Program-made: the position numbers and the translations under genes
Origin: a virus
Length of the DNA: 37,722 nt
IMG/VR virus record: IMGVR_UViG_3300045988_130501
Coordinates: 1 to 37,722 of that record
Reading direction: 5' to 3' (one strand)
Shown: in pieces, positions 14,597 to 25,221 of the stretch
Numbering within the stretch: the first letter of the stretch is position 1
Layout: the number at the start of each line of letters is the position of its first letter
The notes under the pieces: model-generated
Seen by the model: the letters and a program-made list of their open reading frames with translations, nothing else
Told to the model about the DNA's origin: nothing
Databases searched by the model: none

Positions 14597-15571
14597 TTAA
14601 TAAATTTTTAATACTTGTCCTGGATAGATTTTATTAGGATTACTAATACCATTGTCTTTGGCAATTTTTTGATATGTAGTTCCATATCTAGCAGCTATTC
14701 CTGATAATGTATCTCCCTTTTTAACAGTATAAGTTATTACATTTGATGAAGAAGTAGCATTACCATTGATAGTCAAAACTTGTCCTGGATAAATTTTATT
14801 AGGGTCTGAAATACCGTTTATTTTTGCTAACTCTTGGTAAGTAGTTCCATATCTACTAGCAATACCACTTAAAGTATCACCTTTTTTTACTGTATATGTA
14901 ATTGTTGTTTGAGCTGGCTTACTAGGCACTGTTGTTGGTGTTGGTTGGCTTGGTGTAACACTTGGACTGCCTCCTGCATATTTATCCCAAGCTGAACTAT
15001 CACCATAGAAATAATTCATATCAATATCTCCGCTATATCCATTTACTCTTCCCTTTGAAGTATATTGCCATAAACAATAGAATGGCCATTTACCACATGA
15101 AGGTTTAACTCCTGCTTCTCCTGTATTTTTACCATAGCTTGCAATCCATAATCCATAATCTCCAGCTACAACTGGACTCCAATCATAACTATTAGCTGGG
15201 CTTGCACTCATATATACGACTGGCTTAACTCCTGTTTTAGAATAAACTCTATCACAAAAATCTTTTACCCATGCAGGATTATTTAAATTACCACTTTCCC
15301 AATCTAAAACCAACATAGCTTCTTTAATATAACCTTGTATTTGACTAACAAACCAATCAGCTTCTGCTTCTGCACTGTTTCCTAAATCTGGTCTAGCAAA
15401 GTGATATACTCCTAATTTTTTGCCACAACTTTTAGCAGCTTGATAAAATTTATCGCAGCATGGGTCTGTATATCCGATTCCTTCTGTTGCTTTACAAATA
15501 ACAAAGTCTACTTCAGTAGCTCCTATATCAATTCCGTTTTGCCATTTACTAATATCAATTCCTTTTAACAT
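14597..15571 (-). CDS. Endolysin: GH25 muramidase with two C-terminal LysM domains
   Basis: N-terminal GIDISKWQN...[10 protein letters not shown]...GVYHFA (GH25). Two copies of [21 protein letters not shown]...[14 protein letters not shown] (LysM). Confidence 0.9.
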   Translation of the reverse strand: MLKGIDISKWQNGIDIGATEVDFVICKATEGIGYTDPCCDKFYQAAKSCGKKLGVYHFARPDLGNSAEAEADWFVSQIQGYIKEAMLVLDWESGNLNNPAWVKDFCDRVYSKTGVKPVVYMSASPANSYDWSPVVAGDYGLWIASYGKNTGEAGVKPSCGKWPFYCLWQYTSKGRVNGYSGDIDMNYFYGDSSAWDKYAGGSPSVTPSQPTPTTVPSKPAQTTITYTVKKGDTLSGIASRYGTTYQELAKINGISDPNKIYPGQVLTINGNATSSSNVITYTVKKGDTLSGIAARYGTTYQKIAKDNGISNPNKIYPGQVLKIY

Positions 15572-15572
15572 A

Positions 15573-15770
15573 TTATTTCATCTCCTTTATAACTTTATTT
15601 CCTAATAAATATGTAGAAATTACTGCTATTACAACTGATATTGTGTTTGTAATTTTGTCAGCATTAACATTCCAAATTGGAGCAATTCCAATGATTAATG
15701 CGTTGACAATTGTAAGTATATTAAGCAAGTATTTTGATATGGTTTTTATTTTTTCTATTTTCTTCTTCAT
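15573..15770 (-). CDS. Holin (65 aa, two TM segments)
   Basis: Two hydrophobic helices and a charged C-terminus; lies immediately upstream of the endolysin. Confidence 0.7.
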   Translation of the reverse strand: MKKKIEKIKTISKYLLNILTIVNALIIGIAPIWNVNADKITNTISVVIAVISTYLLGNKVIKEMK

Positions 15771-15821
15771 ATTTTTGTCTCCTTTTTTATTATAATATCA
15801 TAGTTTTCATATTTTTTCAAT

Positions 15822-16337
15822 TTATGCAACTCTTTTCCAATAAGCCATAACAATATATGGTGGCATATTGTTATGTGCTAAAGGTGTATGCATTGCTGGA
15901 TTATTAGCAGTTAGTTTGGGACTATTGCTATTAGTTACTCCTGTTTTTAATGAGTAGTAATTAGTACCTGCAGTTGGTTCATAACCGCCAGTAATAGGAT
16001 CATTGTTACCCTCGTTTGGATATATATATGTCGGAGGCAATTCTTCTTTTGACAATTTATGTTTCTTTTCTCCGCCAATTTTACCAATCTCATTGAAGTC
16101 TGTATCGTTCGCATCCAATCCTATAGGTATGCGGCCTTGCGAAATTAATTCCCAAGTATACCCAAAATAATTAGAATGGTCTAAATCATCATAAAATAGT
16201 TCCACTTTATTTATTGGTAAAAGAGCATTTAATAATTCTCTATTTAAGTATATTCCATTTTCAATATTTTTCATATTTGTTTCATTTACAATTGTTTCAC
16301 CATCTTTCCATTCTGTTTTTTGATAATCTTTAGCCAT
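15822..16337 (-). CDS. Tail fibre protein with a tail-collar-like C-terminus
   Basis: N-terminal TEWKDGETIVNETNMKNIENGI. C-terminal GGEKKHKLSKEELP...HNNMPPYIVMAYWKR resembles the phage tail collar domain. Confidence 0.5.
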   Translation of the reverse strand: MAKDYQKTEWKDGETIVNETNMKNIENGIYLNRELLNALLPINKVELFYDDLDHSNYFGYTWELISQGRIPIGLDANDTDFNEIGKIGGEKKHKLSKEELPPTYIYPNEGNNDPITGGYEPTAGTNYYSLKTGVTNSNSPKLTANNPAMHTPLAHNNMPPYIVMAYWKRVA

Positions 16338-16358
16338 TTTTTCATTCCTCCTTTTGAC

Positions 16359-18761
16359 TTAATTTTCTTCTGTTTTCATATAACCAATTATATCTAGTAC
16401 CATTTTCCCAATCCCTGTGTTCAAGTATGGTTGCGTGGAATTTCCTGTCGATTCAGGTGAAGCAGGCCTGTCCAATGATGTGCGTAGAATAAATACATTT
16501 CTTCCAGCTAGCAAGGATTCTTTTAAATTAATTGTTTTTACTGTTGTAATATATCCTGGCATTATACTAGGTGTATATGAAGCCTGATTATTAATTGCGT
16601 TTACTATTTCTTCTCCTGATAGCGGCTCATAATGTTGTAATATTCCAGCACTAGGTGCAACATAATAATTTGTTATCTCATTATAATTACCTTTATACAA
16701 TTTTAATTGTTTAGGATAACCATTCCCAACAGACTCATTGTTAGCATTGAACACTTCTTCTGAACTAATATATATTGTAATATATGCACTTGTTACTGTG
16801 AAATTAGCTGGAATAAATGCGTCAACAATGCAATCTGCATAACCGTATTGTGAATAATAATCTATTTCCTTAAAACCCACAAAAGTAAAACCACTGTCTA
16901 GTTCTCCAACTGATATAAATTGTAAATTAGTCAGTAGTCCATCGCCACCGATTACTCTACCACCATCCAATAATCGCAAATCTTGTGCTGTTATTGAACC
17001 ATCCAAATTGAATTTAATCTTATCTCCTACAGTGGTAGTACCTTCCAACGCTATAGTATCACTTGCTTTAATTTTAACATTACCAGTTGATGTTGTGTTT
17101 ATACTAGCTATAAGTGCGTCACCATTATCCAATATTTCTGATTTACTTTGTATTAAAATTTCATCACTTGCTACTTTTATTTCGTTTGTTACCTCTACTT
17201 GAGTAGCAAGTTGATTGGTATATTCATTTTTGTTTAGATATGTTATTGATATATTTAAATTTCTTATTTTTAGTGTACTTTCTCCATCAGGTATTTCTAT
17301 GTCTATTTCACCTAAATCGTGTATAATAGGGCTTTCTAATACATATTTTGAGCCGCTATTGTCTACACCAATTTTTTCAATAAATGTGCATTTATTATAA
17401 TTAATTTGTAATTCATCTTTTTTACCATTATAACTATATAAATGATTTATTGGGAGACTGTAACTTTGTTTTAGTTCATCATTTATGTACAACTCTAAAA
17501 CAGGGCTATCAACTTTAAAATTACCAACTACTAAATTTTTTTTATTTTTTGTGCCAACAACTGGATAGTCGATATTTCCTGTTAATGTTATATTGTAAGG
17601 TTTGCTCAAACTTGCATTTATTATATTTACACTGCCATAACCCGTAACTGTAGTTGAAATGTCTACTACTTTTTTGTTTAAAAGCTCTATTTCTTTCTCA
17701 GCTTGGTCTACTTTAATTCCAACTTTATTAACTTTCTGTTCTGTAGTTTCTGGTAAAGTATAATCAATACTTGCATTTATTATGCTAGGAGCTTCAAACG
17801 TGATTTCATCATAGCTTGTCTCATACCTAAGTATTAGGCTATTTATTAGTTCTCCTTTTTTATTTCTAAATTGTATTTTATCGCCTAAACTCAAATATGG
17901 TAAAAATGAATATTCACTTTTAAAAGAACTATAAGCAAGTCCTTTTACTTGGTTAAATATTGCATTAACCAATTGCTGACACTTCTCAGTAGAATAAGCA
18001 AATCCATAAGAATATATTTTAAGCCAATGTTCTCCATATTGCGCTATTAAATTTTCGTCTTTCATAACTGCCCCAGCAGTCTCTAAATCTTCACTTGTTG
18101 CTACTAAAACACTTGTTATAGGCCATGTGTCTCTTTTATCATCTAATTCAACATAATCTTCTATAATTTCATTTGTCTCATTTGTAAATATAAACTCTAA
18201 CTTATCATTTGAATTTATTGTTGCAAACATTCCATTAATACCACTTGCTTGTGCTACTACATCTCCATATTGTTCTCCATTTACAAACTGATTGCTATCA
18301 ACTATAAATGTACCATTTGGAAGTGAAGTATTTTCTAATTCCACTTCACAATTCGTACATATTTCTTGAATTACTTGAAATAAAGTTGTATTTGAATAAT
18401 CTAATGAAGTTACATAAGGATTAGCAAATTTAAGTCCATAATCATAAGCAGTTACGTTTACACTTTCAAAAGTATCACTATCTTTCACTTCCGTTACAAT
18501 AAATGTACCTATTTTTAATGCCTCTCCATCAACTTCTTTATAATATATAAATTCTTTCTTTTTATAATCAATATCATTTTCGGTTTCAAACTTTAACATT
18601 TTAAGATTAAATTTGCCAAAAAAAGTAGTATCTTTATAAGCAGTATCACTTAAATCACCCTTAATATCAACTTCTTTATTATCAATTACAATATATTCTC
18701 TATATTTAACACTATCTTTTTTACAGTTAGCTTTAAAAGTGCTCGGTACATTTTTAATCAT
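16359..18761 (-). CDS. Tail-associated/baseplate structural protein (Tal-like, 800 aa)
   Basis: Size and position after the tape measure and a small tail component. Confidence 0.5.
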   Translation of the reverse strand: MIKNVPSTFKANCKKDSVKYREYIVIDNKEVDIKGDLSDTAYKDTTFFGKFNLKMLKFETENDIDYKKKEFIYYKEVDGEALKIGTFIVTEVKDSDTFESVNVTAYDYGLKFANPYVTSLDYSNTTLFQVIQEICTNCEVELENTSLPNGTFIVDSNQFVNGEQYGDVVAQASGINGMFATINSNDKLEFIFTNETNEIIEDYVELDDKRDTWPITSVLVATSEDLETAGAVMKDENLIAQYGEHWLKIYSYGFAYSTEKCQQLVNAIFNQVKGLAYSSFKSEYSFLPYLSLGDKIQFRNKKGELINSLILRYETSYDEITFEAPSIINASIDYTLPETTEQKVNKVGIKVDQAEKEIELLNKKVVDISTTVTGYGSVNIINASLSKPYNITLTGNIDYPVVGTKNKKNLVVGNFKVDSPVLELYINDELKQSYSLPINHLYSYNGKKDELQINYNKCTFIEKIGVDNSGSKYVLESPIIHDLGEIDIEIPDGESTLKIRNLNISITYLNKNEYTNQLATQVEVTNEIKVASDEILIQSKSEILDNGDALIASINTTSTGNVKIKASDTIALEGTTTVGDKIKFNLDGSITAQDLRLLDGGRVIGGDGLLTNLQFISVGELDSGFTFVGFKEIDYYSQYGYADCIVDAFIPANFTVTSAYITIYISSEEVFNANNESVGNGYPKQLKLYKGNYNEITNYYVAPSAGILQHYEPLSGEEIVNAINNQASYTPSIMPGYITTVKTINLKESLLAGRNVFILRTSLDRPASPESTGNSTQPYLNTGIGKMVLDIIGYMKTEEN

Positions 18762-19141
18762 GATACATCACTACTCTTTTCTAATTTAATAGATAAATCT
18801 TCAATTCCTATATCATTATCATAAGCATATTCAGTAGAAATTGGAGGCAATGTTATTATAAAATTAGCATTCTTCATTTTATTATCTCTATAACTCCAAT
18901 ATTGATATTCTCCATCATTTAAATATGGTTTATACTTTTGATAAGTTACATTATCCCACAAACCAATATTTATATTAATTTCACAATCGACATAAGATGT
19001 AACAATCTTTTTTCGTTTGCCATTTGCCATTTGCTTTTTAGCAATTTCATTCTCTTGTTCATCAATTTCATAACCTTTTCGCAAAATTTTATCAAAATCA
19101 AAATATGTCCCATCAGTTTTCTTTTTTCTTAATAAAGTCAT
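18758..19141 (-). CDS. Small tail component (distal-tail position)
   Basis: Directly follows the tape measure gene, with an ATGA overlap to the next gene. Confidence 0.4.
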   Translation of the reverse strand: MTLLRKKKTDGTYFDFDKILRKGYEIDEQENEIAKKQMANGKRKKIVTSYVDCEININIGLWDNVTYQKYKPYLNDGEYQYWSYRDNKMKNANFIITLPPISTEYAYDNDIGIEDLSIKLEKSSDVS

Positions 19142-19143
19142 AA

Positions 19144-20638
19144 CTAACCTCCAAATCCTGTTTGCAAATTCTTTTGTCTTGCAATTCTTTGCTGCGCCTC
19201 AAACAATGTTCCCTCTTCAACTTCTGCTTTAACTACAAAATTTCCATCAAAAGTTGCATTGCTTGATAATATTTGGCTAACGCTTCCAGCAGTACCACTA
19301 AATGCCATTTTGCCAGTTTCCATATTAACTGCTCCTCGCATTTTTTTGTAAACATCATCGCCAAAATCACTTATTTGTTTATCTATTAAATCATCATCTT
19401 TTTCAAATGCCACACCAACGCCTAAAATTAAATTTTTACCGATTTCATCACGCATAACTTTTGAAGGGCTATGTATTCCAAAAAAAGATTTTATATTATC
19501 TTTAATAGAATTAACAACTTTTTTAGCAGCATTTTTTATTGCACTTCCCATACTGGTTATACCACTTAAAATTCCATTTAAAACATTTTTGCCAAGTTGC
19601 AACCAATTTGTATTTGTTATTGTATTTCTAAATCCATTAAATAATCCTATTATTATTTTAGGAACAGCCATTATTAAATTTGGAATATTATTTATTAAAG
19701 CTTTTGCTAATGCAATCATTAATTTTGGACCTACGCTTGCCAATTTTAAAAGCATTTCTGGACTTAATAATTTTGTTACTAATGCAATTATTAAATCTGG
19801 AATTATTGCAATCAAGTCAGGCAAAGCATCTAATATTCCTTCTGCTAATGCTAACAATAAATCAATACCAGCCATTATTATATCTGGTAAATGTTCTATT
19901 AATGTTGTTAGCATAGTTTTTATACATTGTACAATCGCTGGTATTAAATTGGGAATAGCTTCTGTTATACCTTTTGCTAATTCTAATAATATTGTAATTC
20001 CTGCCTGTAATATAGTTGGTAAATTTTGAGTTATAAAGTTAACCAAACTTAATATTACTTGAATTACAATAGGCATTATTTGTGGTAAATATTGTATTAT
20101 GCCATTTAATAATGATTGTAATATTTGTGTCCCAGTTGTTATCAAAGTAGGCAATGCACTAACTATTGCTTGCATTAAACCATTTATAATATTTTGCCCT
20201 GCTTCCATTATTTCAGGTAAGTGTTCTAATAATATTTCTCCTAATTTTGGTATTAGTTCTCCAATACCTTCAATAGCGATTAAAATTCTGGGTAATAAAT
20301 TGTCAAACATTGCTCCAGCACTTTCAACAAAATTATCAATTAACTTATCAAAGTCAGCATTATCATCAGCAATTCCTGTTACAAGATTATCCCAAGATGC
20401 TTTCATCATATTAGTTGAACCTTCAATAGTTGTTGAAGCTTCTTTAGCAGAAGTGCCCGCAATATCTAAACTCTTTTGCATTACAGAAATAGCATTAACT
20501 ATATTTGCAAAAGATAAATTGCCATCTTCTACCGTTAAATTCAATTCTTCTTGTATATCAGTCATTTGTGAAGCGTCTGTTATTAAACGCTCCATTTCTT
20601 CTTTTGTACCACCATAACCAAGTTTTAAATTATCTAAC
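19144..20638 (-). CDS. Tape measure protein, exon 2
   Basis: The frame stays open upstream of the track ATG: (AT)G TTA GAT AAT TTA AAA CTT GGT TAT GGT GGT ACA AAA GAA GAA ATG GAG gives MLDNLKLGYGGTKEEMERL. It joins exon 1 in frame; 473 + 1495 nt = 656 codons. Confidence 0.85.
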
Positions 20639-21485
20639 CAATTTCTACCCCTAGTTTCCTAGTACTTTAACACTCATTTAAGAGTGGGTTTAGACTATAT
20701 CATTAACTCAAATTTCCAATTCTTTTTATTTCCTTTTTTATAATATTTTCCATAAACAATTTGGCTTTTATCACATTTGAAATGTTTTGCAGTTTCATTT
20801 CTTGAATTAAATATAATTGTTTCACCATTTTTATTGGTAGCAATTATTTTCTTTTTTCTATTTTCAATTCTTGAAGTATAACCATATGCTAAATCATTTT
20901 CACTAGCAGTTACCCATTCAAGATTTTCTACTCTATTATCACCTTTATTACCATTTATATGGTTTACCTGTGGCTTGTTTTCAATATTAGGAATAAATGC
21001 TATTGCTACTAATCTATGTATATATTGTGGAATTGTTTTTCTTCCTAATTGAACTTGTTTATAACCACTTGGCTTTATATAAGGTTTTAATATTCTGCCT
21101 GTTTTATCGTTTCTTACATTCCCTAAATTGCTTATTGAATAATTATTATAATTTTCTATCTTTATAAAAGTTTCCATATATTACCTCCTGTTAAAATTAT
21201 AACATATAAACGAAACTTTTACAAGTTAGACATTGTTAATTTGAGTTAGGATGCACTTCCAATATCGTACTAATAGATATTGTACTTGGTAACGAACCAA
21301 TAGTCGTTTGACCTTCCTATTTTCATAGGTTTGGCACTGGATAACCATACCTTTATGGCTTTAGGTTTCCCCAGTTAGCAAGATTATCTCAATAAGTCAT
21401 TTCCTACTTATATTTTAATCTCACACCCCTAGTAAGGTTCACATCCACTGACTTAATTATTACTAATTAAGCCGACATTAAATTT
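20639..21485 (-). mobile_element. Group I intron (847 nt) carrying an HNH homing endonuclease ORF
   Basis: Exon 1 ends in U (..ACGAU) and can pair with the intron GUCG (P1 with U-G). The intron ends in G (..AAAUUG). The G+C-richer flanks hold hairpins, two of them GAAA-capped: CUUAAUUA/UAAUUAAG, CCUAU-GAAA-AUAGG, CAAUAUC/GAUAUUG and CUAG-GAAA-CUAG. Confidence 0.8.
20695..21177 (-). CDS. Intron-encoded HNH homing endonuclease (NUMOD4 plus HNH_3-like)
   Basis: [11 protein letters not shown]...GYKQVQL...[12 protein letters not shown]...[24 protein letters not shown]; its own GGAGG SD. Confidence 0.85.
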   Translation of the reverse strand: METFIKIENYNNYSISNLGNVRNDKTGRILKPYIKPSGYKQVQLGRKTIPQYIHRLVAIAFIPNIENKPQVNHINGNKGDNRVENLEWVTASENDLAYGYTSRIENRKKKIIATNKNGETIIFNSRNETAKHFKCDKSQIVYGKYYKKGNKKNWKFELMI

Positions 21486-21958
21486 ATCGTGTAATTTTGT
21501 TTAGCAAATCCTTGATATGCGTTTTGTATCATCTCCATTGATGTACCCATTTTATTAGCATTATCTGACATATCAATTATCGCTCTGTTAGCATAGTCGG
21601 CTGCTTTATCGGTATCTCCACCTAATGATTGCAACAAACTTGCACTAAATGAAGTAACTGTATTCATATATTCATTCGCACTTATTTGAGCTGTTTTGTA
21701 TGCTTCTGCAGCATATCCTTGCAATTTTTGTGAACTTTCTTTAAATAAAGTGTCTACGCCACCAACTAATTGTTCATATTCTGCATAATTATCAACAGCA
21801 CTTTTTACTAAAGCACTTAGTCCAGTTCCAATTGCTGTTATTGAAGCACCTACTCCAACCGCTACGCCTTTAGCAATTCCACCTATTTTATTTAAACCAC
21901 TTTGGAATCCTTTTGTATCTAATTTGGTATCGTATGTTAACGAACCTGCTATCGCCAT
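21486..21958 (-). CDS. Tape measure protein, exon 1
   Basis: MAIAGSLTYDTKLDTKGFQSGL...MEMIQNAYQGFAKQNYT. The conserved TMP motif QGFAKQNYTMLDNLKLGYGG is completed only after splicing. Confidence 0.85.
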
Positions 21959-21985
21959 TTTTTAACCTCTCTTTCTTTTGAGAGA

Positions 21986-22549
21986 TTATTTTAAAGCCTC
22001 GTATATTTCATTTCTTCTTATTTGGTCTTGTATTTCTTTTTTGTTTGGTGGCAATTTATAATGCTCTTTTAATTCTAATATGTCTTTATCTTTGCCATCA
22101 TAAGCCCTATATCCTTTTATTTTACTAAATTCAAAATTATCAGGTATAGTAAGCCATATTGCTCTAAATTCCCACCAATGGATATAATCTTTTGTTAAAT
22201 CATATCCTAGTTGTTTATAAGTCCCCCAAATGTACAAATCATCATAAGAATACCTAAAACTTTCTTTTTTTGCTTTCCCTTTTCCATTTTTAGATACCTC
22301 ATCAGTTTTGCCACATTTATAAAACCAAATAAACTTATCTACTGCCTCATTGATAAGGCCTTTTTGTATGATTAAATAAAAAGCAGGGTAGAAACTTTGT
22401 AAAGCATTGTTAACTGCCTTTTTCGTATCTATTCCCTGCGTCATTTCTTCTTCAAAGTTTATAAATATACGAAAGTCTGTATTTATAATAAATCTCTCAT
22501 TTTTTATTTTAATTGAACGAGGTAATTTACTATACATTCCTTTTAACAT
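21986..22549 (-). CDS. Gp15-family tail-assembly protein
   Basis: Position immediately upstream of the tape measure. The sequence style resembles A118-type Gp15 proteins. Confidence 0.45.
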   Translation of the reverse strand: MLKGMYSKLPRSIKIKNERFIINTDFRIFINFEEEMTQGIDTKKAVNNALQSFYPAFYLIIQKGLINEAVDKFIWFYKCGKTDEVSKNGKGKAKKESFRYSYDDLYIWGTYKQLGYDLTKDYIHWWEFRAIWLTIPDNFEFSKIKGYRAYDGKDKDILELKEHYKLPPNKKEIQDQIRRNEIYEALK

Positions 22550-22551
22550 TT

Positions 22552-22962
22552 CTAATATCTCCTATATTTATTTCCTCTATAATTATTTCTATTATTATTT
22601 CTTCTTTGCTCTCTGTTTTGTGGTCTTGTAAACATTCCATTTGTTTTATTTGTTAAATTATTCATCTCATTTGCATACTCATTGAATATAAACTCATAAA
22701 CTCTTATAAATGCTTGTAAGCCAAACTCTTTTCCCTTTTGTTCTTCATAACTTTTTGAAATTTTTTTATATGCTTCTTTATCATTTAAAATTAAATTCAT
22801 TAATTCTTTTAATTGTTCAAATACATTATTTTCTCTTATTTTATTAACATCTATACTTTTTAACTTATTTATATAATTCTCACTAAACTCTAATTCAAAT
22901 TCATTTCCAAATATCTCTATACTATTTTCTATATCATTAATATTTAATACTCTATTATTCAT
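22552..22962 (-). CDS. Tail assembly chaperone-position protein
   Basis: Lies between the major tail and Gp15-like genes; basic Arg/Asn-rich C-terminus. Confidence 0.4.
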   Translation of the reverse strand: MNNRVLNINDIENSIEIFGNEFELEFSENYINKLKSIDVNKIRENNVFEQLKELMNLILNDKEAYKKISKSYEEQKGKEFGLQAFIRVYEFIFNEYANEMNNLTNKTNGMFTRPQNREQRRNNNRNNYRGNKYRRY

Positions 22963-22985
22963 AAATTATCCTCGTTTTCTTTTAT

Positions 22986-23465
22986 TTAAGCATTAGGTGT
23001 AAATGTTTTTGTACTTGTATCGAAAGTACCATACACAAAGTCCCCACCTTTTAAAGAACCTGTGATTTGTTTTTGCTCTCCAGCAGCACCATTGCATTCA
23101 GTTATTGATACTGTTTGAGTTATTTTTCTTGCCTTATAAGTGTTCCCTGTTGTTTCTTTTTCCCATAAATTTACTATATAATGGTCAATGTTTAAATCAT
23201 TTCCAGTTTTTCTTTGATAAAATTTTTCATAAAAGTTTTCAAAAACTTTATCTCCTTTAACCATATCCATTGTTATTGGGAATTCATTTGAATAGCCAGT
23301 TGTTTTAGTTATCTTTGATTTTTGATGAATATATTGCTTTTCTTGTTCAGTGGGATTACTGCTTTCAGTCATTTCAGTAATAACACCACCTAGTTCAATA
23401 TCAGGTGCTTCACTTGTACCAACATCAAAATAATGGGCTTCATCATAAACCATAATATCTTGCAT
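22986..23465 (-). CDS. Major tail protein
   Basis: Gene order and size (159 aa). Confidence 0.55.
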   Translation of the reverse strand: MQDIMVYDEAHYFDVGTSEAPDIELGGVITEMTESSNPTEQEKQYIHQKSKITKTTGYSNEFPITMDMVKGDKVFENFYEKFYQRKTGNDLNIDHYIVNLWEKETTGNTYKARKITQTVSITECNGAAGEQKQITGSLKGGDFVYGTFDTSTKTFTPNA

Positions 23466-23467
23466 AA

Positions 23468-23911
23468 TTAATTCTCCTTTCTGATATCAACATATAATTG
23501 TAAATAATATACGCTAATCGAACCATCTTCACTTTGTTCATAATTCAAAGCATTGGCACAACTAACTTTTATTACTTTTTTATTATCTCCTAAAATAGGA
23601 AATTCCCTTTTAGAATTTTTAAGAGCCAACCAATCACTTAAACCATCTAGCCAGTCGTAATTAGTCAACTTTTGTTCATCTATTTCACTCTCACTTTTTA
23701 ATAAAAGCATATATTGATATTGTCTATACCATCCTTTATCGGTAATATATTTCATACCTAAATTTTCAAAGCCTGTTCTTTGTAATGCTAAATTTTTAAC
23801 TGTTTCACTAACACCCTCAATATGTATATCTTCAGTTTGAGCAATTTCGTTAATTGGCTCATATTCTTTTAACCATTGATTTATTATATAATCTTGACTT
23901 TTATTTATCAT
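23468..23911 (-). CDS. Tail completion/terminator-position protein
   Basis: Gene order. Confidence 0.45.
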   Translation of the reverse strand: MINKSQDYIINQWLKEYEPINEIAQTEDIHIEGVSETVKNLALQRTGFENLGMKYITDKGWYRQYQYMLLLKSESEIDEQKLTNYDWLDGLSDWLALKNSKREFPILGDNKKVIKVSCANALNYEQSEDGSISVYYLQLYVDIRKEN

Positions 23912-24306
23912 TTATTTAGCCTCCTAGAATATGCTTCAACTTGTTTTAAAATTGTATCTTTTTTATCGGCTTTCATTCTTTCAAAAGGATAAGTTCCTCT
24001 TTTACCAACACGTTTTTTAATTCGTTTAGAATACGCTTGTATTTCAGCATAAGGTACTCCAATAGTTACATATCCACTTCCTGCTTCACTTGCTAATCTT
24101 ATTGATTTTTCTTGCGTTCCACTTTTCTTTGATACATATTCTTGCAAATACATTATTACTTTATTATCTAAAAACACTTGTTCTTTATTTAAGTTAGTGT
24201 TAAATTTATTAACATAACTCTTATTGTATTCTATATAAGCCTTGCCATTTTTATCAGATACATAAATCTTTCCTTGTGGAAATTCTACTCTTAACTTATC
24301 AGCCAT
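23908..24306 (-). CDS. Head-tail joining protein (gp10-like position)
   Basis: Gene order; overlapping start and stop. Confidence 0.45.
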   Translation of the reverse strand: MADKLRVEFPQGKIYVSDKNGKAYIEYNKSYVNKFNTNLNKEQVFLDNKVIMYLQEYVSKKSGTQEKSIRLASEAGSGYVTIGVPYAEIQAYSKRIKKRVGKRGTYPFERMKADKKDTILKQVEAYSRRLNK

Positions 24307-24671
24307 TATCTAGCACCTATTTTTATGTGATTAAGTTCTTGTAAATCTTCATTATCAAAATCAAATATATCAATAGAACTAACCTCATATACATAATCTT
24401 TTCCGTACTTTTCTCTTAATTCAGTAAGTGGGGCTTTTATAATATCGTCTAAAATCTTTTTAGACACTATTATATCGCCTTTTTGACACTTCCAAGTATT
24501 ATTATACCCTTTTGTGTCAAATACCCTTATAAGAGCATTGTCTGTGGTTTGTACGCCTGTCTTATTTCTATTCAAATAAGATGTATTTCTAACACTAGCA
24601 ATTTTAGGATATCTAACATATTGAGTTCCCTCTTTATGATAAATTGTTATATCTTGTAATAAATCATCCAT
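24306..24671 (-). CDS. Head closure/adaptor-position protein
   Basis: Gene order. Confidence 0.45.
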   Translation of the reverse strand: MDDLLQDITIYHKEGTQYVRYPKIASVRNTSYLNRNKTGVQTTDNALIRVFDTKGYNNTWKCQKGDIIVSKKILDDIIKAPLTELREKYGKDYVYEVSSIDIFDFDNEDLQELNHIKIGAR

Positions 24672-25045
24672 TATAGATACCTTATCAAGCTTAAAGGAAG
24701 TTCTCCTAATATACTTTTTTTATCTTTGTTTATTTGGTTTTCACTCTTTATATTAGAACCTTTGCTAATACTAACACCATCTATTGAAATACTATCCGCA
24801 CCGAAACTATATTTGCCACTATTTCCACCACTATTTTTAAGAAAATCACAAAGTTCACAAGCAACATATTTTAGTTGCCATTGTTCTCTTTCAGTCAATC
24901 TTTTAATGTTAGTTTCAGTTAAATCTTTATTTACATTCTTATCAATTTCTCGGCTTGCTTTTATTATTAAAGAATTAAAGAGGTCAATAGACAAACTGCC
25001 CTTATATTCATTTGCGTAAAAATCATAATCGGCGTAATTTATCAT
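24671..25045 (-). CDS. Head-tail connector (gp6-like) protein
   Basis: Gene order. The N-terminal YADYDFYANEYKG...IIKASREID pattern is common in connector proteins. Confidence 0.5.
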   Translation of the reverse strand: MINYADYDFYANEYKGSLSIDLFNSLIIKASREIDKNVNKDLTETNIKRLTEREQWQLKYVACELCDFLKNSGGNSGKYSFGADSISIDGVSISKGSNIKSENQINKDKKSILGELPLSLIRYL

Positions 25046-25065
25046 ATTAAACCTCTCCTTTTATT

Positions 25066-25209
25066 TTATTTTTCTTTAGTTTCAGTTTTCTTTGGTTTTA
25101 CTTCTTCAACCAATTCAAATTTGTCAGGATATCCAAGTAATTTTTCAATTCTTTCTTTATCCTTGACTTCAATTATTTTATTATTGCTTAAATCTTTTAT
25201 CTTAGCCAT
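25066..25209 (-). CDS. Small protein (47 aa) between the capsid and connector genes
   Basis: GGGAGG SD then ATG 25209: MAKIKDLSNNKIIEVKDKERIEKLLGYPDKFELVEEVKPKKTETKEK. Below the track cutoff. Confidence 0.5.
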   Translation of the reverse strand: MAKIKDLSNNKIIEVKDKERIEKLLGYPDKFELVEEVKPKKTETKEK

Positions 25210-25221
25210 AATAACCTCCCA

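Noticed and set aside
19589-20617. Long plus-strand ORFs (19589..20029, 19680..19916, 20099..20617) antisense to the tape measure gene. The same applies to all other plus-strand ORFs in the track, for example 32..322, 2151..2378, 12866..13171, 25121..25426, 26526..26855 and 34798..35070.
   Set aside because: They lie entirely inside well-supported minus-strand genes, lack SD sequences, and encode low-complexity Ile/Phe/Ser/Leu strings typical of shadow frames in AT-rich DNA.
21467-21485. The tail of the N-terminal tape-measure ORF (..INLMSA*) as real coding sequence, which would imply two separate TMP genes.
   Set aside because: The conserved motif QNYT|MLDNLKLGYGG is restored only by splicing at 21486/20638, and the exon lengths sum in frame.
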